64,000 bases of DNA from contig LKMP01000001.1 of assembly GCA_001563915.1 (NCBI GenBank), positions 32,001 to 96,000 of the forward strand. Direction: 5' to 3'. The stretch comes from Nanohaloarchaea archaeon B1-Br10_U2g21 (lineage in GTDB: Archaea > Nanohalarchaeota > Nanosalinia > Nanosalinales > Nanosalinaceae). Below are positions 58,148 to 64,000 of the stretch, one piece after another. Position 1 is the stretch's first letter; every line of letters begins with the position of its first letter. The notes below the pieces were generated by a model that saw only the letters and a program-made list of their open reading frames with translations, made no database searches and was not told the DNA's origin. The position numbers were made by a program, and so were the translations under genes.

Positions 58148-59305
58148 ATGAATTCTATGCACGACGTTAAGGCTTCAGACGTAATGAACGAAAACTTTCC
58201 GAAAGTCTCTAAAGATGACTCTATAGGTAGCGTAAGAGATTTTATGGAGAATAAAGGTCTTAGAGCAGTTGTAGTTGTTGATGGAGATAATCTTGAAGGA
58301 GCGATTAGTTATAGAGATCTTGTAAGACATACTCAATACAATGAATCAACAAATCTTTCGAAAGTTATCCATATGCCTCCAGAATTCAATAAAGAAGACT
58401 CACTAGTAGAATTAGCAGATCTCAGAGTTGAATCTGGTAAAAAACTGATGGTTTATACAGAAGGAGGCAGTAATCTAAAGGCTGTTGTGTCTGATGAAGA
58501 ATTTGTTGAAGCATGTACTATGGTAAAAGAGTTTGAAAACTATTCAACAAGAAATCTAGCGTCTCATGAGCTAATAGAAGTGTTTGAAGACGATCCTATT
58601 GATAAAGCACGAAATTTGATGCTGGATAACAATATATCTCGACTCCCTGTACTTGATTCTGAAGGAGAGCTTACAGGCATCTTAAGATCTACAGATTTGT
58701 TAAAGATGCTTGTTCCTCGAGAATCTCCAGACAAAGGAGGTACTTCTGGTCGTTCACTTGAAGACACTCAGATTTCTGGAGGTGTAGAGAAAGAATCTAT
58801 GTCTGACATTACAGTTGGCGAAATACATAATCCTAATTTGTTAACAGTCAACGGTTTTGGAGACAGCATTAAGGCAGCAGAGAAAATGATTGAAAATAAC
58901 TCAACAGATCTTATAATTTCGGATTCGGGTTATCCTAAAGCTATCTTAACAGTAAAAGACTATGTAGACTATCTTGAAGATCATTCATACCAAGATATGG
59001 TGCTGGTTAACCTTGTGGGTCTAGAGGTAGAAGAAGAGAAAGCTGCAGTACATCAGAAAATTGCAACTCAGCTCAGAGGTTCTTTAGGTAGAAAAATGAA
59101 GAGGCCTGAGGAACTTTCTATACATGTAAAGAAGCATGATAAGGATGGTAAGAGGCATCGTTATGAGTTGATTGCCAAGCTTCATTCGGAGTATGGAATG
59201 ATTACAACGACTGTTGAAGCTTGGGATTTGCTTGAAGCTGTTGATAAAGCTTTAGACGAGCTTAATACGCTAGTTCGTAAGAAAAAAGAGAAGTCGAGTC
59301 AATAA
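58148..59305 (+). CDS. Tandem CBS-domain protein with C-terminal HPF/RaiA-like domain
   Basis: Four CBS repeats (e.g. ISRLPVLD..G.L.GIL...DLL); C-terminal LSIHVKK......RYEL.A.L.......EAWDLLEAVDKALDEL. Confidence 0.82.
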   Translation: MNSMHDVKASDVMNENFPKVSKDDSIGSVRDFMENKGLRAVVVVDGDNLEGAISYRDLVRHTQYNESTNLSKVIHMPPEFNKEDSLVELADLRVESGKKLMVYTEGGSNLKAVVSDEEFVEACTMVKEFENYSTRNLASHELIEVFEDDPIDKARNLMLDNNISRLPVLDSEGELTGILRSTDLLKMLVPRESPDKGGTSGRSLEDTQISGGVEKESMSDITVGEIHNPNLLTVNGFGDSIKAAEKMIENNSTDLIISDSGYPKAILTVKDYVDYLEDHSYQDMVLVNLVGLEVEEEKAAVHQKIATQLRGSLGRKMKRPEELSIHVKKHDKDGKRHRYELIAKLHSEYGMITTTVEAWDLLEAVDKALDELNTLVRKKKEKSSQ

Positions 59306-59643
59306 GTCTCGTCTTCATTCATTTTTTCTATTTTACTTTCTGTTGAGAGACATAGTTTTCTGAAGGAAAGTGTATTCCACATCAGGTAGATGAATACAAA
59401 TATTAGAGCTAGGAATAGCGGGTATTGTGCAAAAGGTACTTCAGTGAGCGCAGCCATATAATAAGCCCAATAAGAAAGGAAAAGCATCATTACTCCAATT
59501 AATATAAGCAGACGCTGTGAGAATTCTTTAACAATCTGGTCTTCTATTCTTTGAGAAGTGTTGTAGACAATAAAAAAACTGATAATGCCAATACTTACTG
59601 TAACAGAAGTACTTATGGCAAAGAGCGTCTGGTCAATACTCAT
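59299..59643 (-). CDS. Small membrane protein
   Basis: Three hydrophobic segments. Confidence 0.65.
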   Translation of the reverse strand: MSIDQTLFAISTSVTVSIGIISFFIVYNTSQRIEDQIVKEFSQRLLILIGVMMLFLSYWAYYMAALTEVPFAQYPLFLALIFVFIYLMWNTLSFRKLCLSTESKIEKMNEDETY

Positions 59644-59713
59644 AGAAGTAAATCAGAAAAGGTTTTATATAAAAACTTGTAAAAATGCGAAATTATAGCA
59701 GTCCTTCATATGA

Positions 59714-61495
59714 TTAGGAACGGACCTCTAGACTTTCAGACCTAAATGAGCCAAGTACACGGCCTGCAAGATCACTGTCTTTTGTCAAAGAAACTTCTCC
59801 AGATTTACCAACTGTTGCTGTGAAAAGAAACTCTTCTCCATCATATACGTCTATATCTAAGCCTGCATACTTATTGCCCAAATCAATTACTACAGAGTTA
59901 CCTCTTTCTCTTACCTCGAAATCTATTGCAGATTTCAAAGTCTTCTTTGCGGGCTCTACATTTATGTTAAGTCCTAGATCTTTCTCCAGTCTATCAATGT
60001 TCTCTCCGCCTTTACCGATTACGTAAGGGATTTCTTCTTCGTCGACGTATAGTGTGATACTATCGCTAGAAATGAATTCAATTTTAGGATTGTTTACTTT
60101 GCCTGCTAAAAAATGTTCTATTTGTTTTCTAGCTAGTTTTTCTGCGCCAGATTCGTCATGGTCATCTATAGGTATTACTACAGTCTCTTCACCGTAAGTA
60201 TAAATTTCATAGACTGGTGTGGCGTTCTCAAAACGTCTAATTTGGATTACTGGTCTAGCTAAATCTTCTTCAACCATTCCTTCTGGAACTTTTACAACCA
60301 TTTCTAGTTCATAAACTTCTGCGACTTCAGCGTTTTCGATAAATACTACTGTATCGCAGACTTGAGGGATCATTCCTAGTTCTACGCGGCCAATCAAACG
60401 CTGAACTGCATCTACTGCTTCAGAAGCATGAACAATACCAATCATTCCTACTCCGGCCATACGCATATCGCTGAAGACTTCAAAATCGCTGGTTCTCCGA
60501 ACCTCATCAAAAACAGTGAAGTCAGGTCTTACTAGTAACAGAAAATCTCCGGTGTTCTCCATTGAGTCATCGAGAGCAGTATATTGTGTGATATCAGCGC
60601 TCACATCTAAATCGCGGGGTTTCTCCATTGTCTTCACTACACGTTGTTGGCCTTCATAGTGTTCCGCTAGAGCTTGTGCAAAAGTAGACTTACCATGTCC
60701 TGGTGCGCCAGCCACTAGTATACCTTCTGCATTATCATCCAGTCTTTCTATCAGTTCATCAGAGAGATTATAATCATCTAGCCCTACTTTAGCCACCGGC
60801 CTCACTGCTGTTATCTCCGCTGCTTCTGAGAATGGAGGCCTACTAATTGCGATTCTGTATTCTCCATACTGTATCACTGTAGCTCCGCGGCCTTCCATCT
60901 CGATAAGTCCTAGCTCAGAACTTTCTGATGCTTCCACAGTCTCGTGGATAAGATTTTCTAAATTTTCTTTACTGAGTTCCTCTTCACTAATTTCTTCAAG
61001 CTTAAATGCGCCAGGCATCCCTCTCTTTGCTTTAGGTCTTGAACCCTGTTTTAAGTGGATGCTCATAGTTTCATCATCAAAAAATTCTTCGAGCGGGAAT
61101 TCTACTTCTCTTACCGTTTCAAAAAGTTTTACATCAATTCCTTTCGCTTCCGCTACTTTGGCCTGGACTATATCTCCAGTATAAAGTTTAGCATCAAGTT
61201 CCTCCGCTATATCTCTTATTAAGGCGTCTATTCGGCCATTTCTGGCGAGTTCGATTTCCTCCAAAGTAGGTTTTCGCCCAGTGAAACTTAGTTTAACCTC
61301 TTCGGATTCTAAATTTTTAAGTTCTTTAATTTCTTTTATGCCTGTGAAACCTGTCTCTCTGCCGTTATTGGCTTGATTTTCAAGTTCATCAACTACAAAC
61401 TCTGGTATAATTATTTCTCCTTCAAAAGCATTGTTTTCTATCAAAGAGGAAATTTTTCCGTCAATGATGGCGGAGGTGTCAGGTACTACTTTCAC
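59714..61495 (-). CDS. PIN-domain ATPase with KH domain (PINA family)
   Basis: VPDTS, ELENQAN.G, GAPGHGKSTFAQALA, LLVRPD, DEVR, GRVELG and VIGKGG. Confidence 0.93.
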   Translation of the reverse strand: MKVVPDTSAIIDGKISSLIENNAFEGEIIIPEFVVDELENQANNGRETGFTGIKEIKELKNLESEEVKLSFTGRKPTLEEIELARNGRIDALIRDIAEELDAKLYTGDIVQAKVAEAKGIDVKLFETVREVEFPLEEFFDDETMSIHLKQGSRPKAKRGMPGAFKLEEISEEELSKENLENLIHETVEASESSELGLIEMEGRGATVIQYGEYRIAISRPPFSEAAEITAVRPVAKVGLDDYNLSDELIERLDDNAEGILVAGAPGHGKSTFAQALAEHYEGQQRVVKTMEKPRDLDVSADITQYTALDDSMENTGDFLLLVRPDFTVFDEVRRTSDFEVFSDMRMAGVGMIGIVHASEAVDAVQRLIGRVELGMIPQVCDTVVFIENAEVAEVYELEMVVKVPEGMVEEDLARPVIQIRRFENATPVYEIYTYGEETVVIPIDDHDESGAEKLARKQIEHFLAGKVNNPKIEFISSDSITLYVDEEEIPYVIGKGGENIDRLEKDLGLNINVEPAKKTLKSAIDFEVRERGNSVVIDLGNKYAGLDIDVYDGEEFLFTATVGKSGEVSLTKDSDLAGRVLGSFRSESLEVRS

Positions 61496-61530
61496 GTCTT
61501 AAATAAGAATGGATAGTTTGAAAAACATAC

Positions 61531-62238
61531 TCAAATCTTTTCCACATCATCTAAGTAGTTGAGATGATTAACAACGGTGTTGTAAGCATCAAACCCTACT
61601 GCAGTAAGTCGAGTATCGCCTCCGTTCACTAGTCCGAGTTCGCGTAAATCTTGTGTTGTCTGTCTTACTGATTCGTAGGGTAGGTCTACAAGCTCGTTTA
61701 CCTGTGTTGTACTCATGCCTGAGCCATATAGGAGAAAAGTCTCAATTTTTTCGCCGCTGTTTTGTCCTGCTGCACTGTCAGATGTAGTGCGCAGTACTCT
61801 GTACATCTCACCAGGGTCAAAAGATAGCTCTGTACTGGAATGATTTAGGAAAAATTCTCCTTGACTCGTTAAGTTATCGTTTTCATCTGTAAGACCGGCA
61901 TCTCGATACTGATTTCTCCATCTCCACCATGTAGAACCAGTTTTTGGAGGTTTTGAGTTAGAAGCTAGTGCTTCTAGACCTTCAATACGGCTTGAACCTC
62001 TCTGCGTTTTCAAAGAGTCATAGATGCAGTCTAGCTCTTCGAATACAAGAGTGTCTGGAAGTTCTTTATCTCCAGAGAGTTCGAGATTTTCTAAGTCAAT
62101 TTCTCCTGAATTCCATTCTAGAGATCCTGGAATAGTTTCTTGCTTGAAGTTTTCTGAATCATCTATGTTAAAGGCCTGCGCGTAGGATTTCATTAAGTAA
62201 TCTTGAACGGTATCTGCGCAGTGAGGGCCTTTTGCCAT
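61531..62238 (-). CDS. Hypothetical protein with tandem winged-helix-like repeats
   Basis: YRDAGLTDENDNLTSQG and LRELGLV...TRLTAVG; start uncertain (62238 preferred from TATA-like spacing; 62319 or 62358 possible). Confidence 0.6.
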   Translation of the reverse strand: MAKGPHCADTVQDYLMKSYAQAFNIDDSENFKQETIPGSLEWNSGEIDLENLELSGDKELPDTLVFEELDCIYDSLKTQRGSSRIEGLEALASNSKPPKTGSTWWRWRNQYRDAGLTDENDNLTSQGEFFLNHSSTELSFDPGEMYRVLRTTSDSAAGQNSGEKIETFLLYGSGMSTTQVNELVDLPYESVRQTTQDLRELGLVNGGDTRLTAVGFDAYNTVVNHLNYLDDVEKI

Positions 62239-62362
62239 ATAGATGAGAGCGGGCGGAAGTATTAAGTGTGTTGCATGTTTTGTTACTGAGGAGTAACCTT
62301 GTTCTGCATTATTCAACATAGAAGGGTATAAAAGGCATGTGTTGTAATTGATAGCCAAAAGG

Positions 62363-62410
62363 CTACGATATGTAGTGGGGAGGGGAGAGAATTCTCCCTA
62401 TATGTAGTGC
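62363..62410. promoter_or_regulatory. Tandem NrdR boxes
   Basis: CTACGATATGTAGTGG (62363-62378) and TCCCTATATGTAGTGC (62395-62410), 32 bp apart, fit the consensus acaCwAtATaTwGtgt; downstream of TATAAAAG at 62327. Confidence 0.8.
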
Positions 62411-62437
62411 ACTATTCAAATAGAGGCAAAGCTATCC

Positions 62438-62875
62438 ATGAAATGTCATTACTGTGAAGAAGGCGAAACTAGAGTAGTTGACACTCGCGAAAGAAAAGAT
62501 AAGATAAAAAGAAGAAGAGAGTGCAAGAACTGCGGCAAACGCTTCACTACATACGAAACAGTTGAGAGCATTAACACCAAAGTAGAAAAAGATAGAGGAG
62601 ACATAGAAAAGTTCAAAGAAGACAAAATAAGAGCAGGTCTCAAAAAAGCTGTCCAAAAAACGCCTGTCACATCCGACGATATTGAAGAAATCGTTGAAGA
62701 AGTAAAAGCGCAAATTAAACAAAAAGAAAAAGTCTCTTCCAAACACATAGGAGATATAGTAAAATCAGAACTCCGCTCTCGAAACAAAGTAGCCTATATC
62801 CGTTTTGCCTCAGTCTATGACTCATTTGAAGATGTAGAAATGTTCCAAAAAGAAGTTGAGGCCCTAAAAGAATAA
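62438..62875 (+). CDS. nrdR: Transcriptional repressor NrdR
   Basis: MKCHYC, VVDTR, RRRECKNCGKRFTTYE, ATP cone and VAYIRFASVY. Confidence 0.97.
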   Translation: MKCHYCEEGETRVVDTRERKDKIKRRRECKNCGKRFTTYETVESINTKVEKDRGDIEKFKEDKIRAGLKKAVQKTPVTSDDIEEIVEEVKAQIKQKEKVSSKHIGDIVKSELRSRNKVAYIRFASVYDSFEDVEMFQKEVEALKE

Positions 62876-62901
62876 CTTAATCCTATATTAAAGGTGACAA
62901 A

Positions 62902-64000
62902 ATGCCAAACACACTAGAACAACGTACGGACTTCAAACTACCTGTAAAAAAAGTTACAGGCGAAACAGTCAAAGAAAGACTGACAGAGAACGCCTACGAG
63001 CGAATATTGCCTGCAAGATATCTTCTCAAAGACAAAAAAGGAGAAGTAATCGAAACAGTAGAGGAAATGTTTGAAAGGGTAGCGAAGAACGTAGCGCAAC
63101 CAGACAAAGAATACGACGATGTAGATTATGAAGAATCTTGGAAAGAGTTCTTCGACTTAATGACTCATCAGGCCTTCATGCCTAACTCTCCAACACTTAT
63201 GAATGCAGGCGCAGATCTACAGCAGCTATCAGCTTGTTTTGTCGCACATCCAGAAGACGACATGGACTCAATTTTCAACTGCGTACACGACGCTGCAAAA
63301 ATTTTCCAATCTGGAGGGGGCATGGGATATCCATTCCATCTACTAAGACCTAAAGGAGACCAAGTCAAATCCACAGGCGGAATTGCATCAGGCCCAATGA
63401 CATTCCAGCAAGTTTTCGACACAATGTGCGGCACTATTAAGCAGGGAGGTAAGAGACGAGGAGCACAGATGGGCATTATGCGAGTCGACCATCCGGATGT
63501 ACTCAGATTTATTGTTTCTAAGAGAAAAGAAGGAAACCTCTCAAATTTCAACATTTCCGTAGGATTAACAGAAGAATTCATGGAGGCAGTCAAAAATGAC
63601 GAAGATTACACTTTGATCAATCCAAGAACTGAGGAGCCTCATATTGTCAACGACAAGACTGCAGAGTTCTACAATACAGACGAAGAATGGCATCCACAAG
63701 CTGCAGGAAGCGACACCGGAAAAGATGATAACTTCTGGAGAGATTTCGCAACAAGTTTCGGAGATGAAATCAAAGAATTTGATATTAGCCTAGAACCAGG
63801 GGAGGAAATGACACTTCCGGCACGATTTATCTGGGAAACGCTCGTAGATGGGGCATGGAGAAATGGAGAACCAGGCCTGTTCATGTACGATGAAACTAAC
63901 GAAATGCACAGCTTTGACATTGAAAAACATCCAGAACACAAGGTAGAAGCCACAAATCCATGTGTTACAGGAGATACTCTGATCTATACGCGTACAGGAG
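62902..64000 (+). CDS. nrdJ: Adenosylcobalamin-dependent (class II) ribonucleotide reductase, 5' part, runs off window
   Basis: Not in ORF track because it has no stop; [46 protein letters not shown] and EATNPC. Confidence 0.93.
   Translation, partial: MPNTLEQRTDFKLPVKKVTGETVKERLTENAYERILPARYLLKDKKGEVIETVEEMFERVAKNVAQPDKEYDDVDYEESWKEFFDLMTHQAFMPNSPTLMNAGADLQQLSACFVAHPEDDMDSIFNCVHDAAKIFQSGGGMGYPFHLLRPKGDQVKSTGGIASGPMTFQQVFDTMCGTIKQGGKRRGAQMGIMRVDHPDVLRFIVSKRKEGNLSNFNISVGLTEEFMEAVKNDEDYTLINPRTEEPHIVNDKTAEFYNTDEEWHPQAAGSDTGKDDNFWRDFATSFGDEIKEFDISLEPGEEMTLPARFIWETLVDGAWRNGEPGLFMYDETNEMHSFDIEKHPEHKVEATNPCVTGDTLIYTRTG
63961..64000 (+). mobile_element. Intein N-terminus in ribonucleotide reductase
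   Basis: After ATNP the frame reads [13 protein letters not shown] (intein block A) instead of the expected CGE. Confidence 0.85.

Overview
A gene-dense archaeal chromosome segment, AT-rich, with a largely acidic proteome. It is most consistent with a DPANN nanohaloarchaeon, based on the fused PriS-PriL primase, the many class III signal-peptide proteins and several haloarchaeal-like genes. It carries replication, transcription and translation genes (primase, PCNA, RFC-S/L, TFS, RpoL, XPB, Lhr, GluRS, GatD/GatE, RNase J, thermosome) and an approximately 9.4 kb type IV pilus locus. Also present are a BatA/vWA pair, redox and repair genes, a CBS-HPF fusion (candidate ribosome hibernation factor), and nrdR with tandem NrdR boxes ahead of an intein-containing class II ribonucleotide reductase that runs off the window end. 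There are three tRNA genes: Val-GAC, a CAU tRNA with a 71-nt intron and Trp-CCA with a 160-nt intron. The strongest unexpected signal is that both tRNA introns, 40 kb apart, contain the same non-canonical C/D-box-like module. Each module has an 8-nt guide antisense to its own tRNA's anticodon loop, registered so that the N+5 rule points exactly at wobble C34. Other notable points are a primase lacking all Fe-S cysteines, apparent ATA and CTG start codons at stop/start overlaps, and two small zinc-finger ORFs, one of them absent from the ORF track. All protein calls are from motif recognition by eye; no searches were run.
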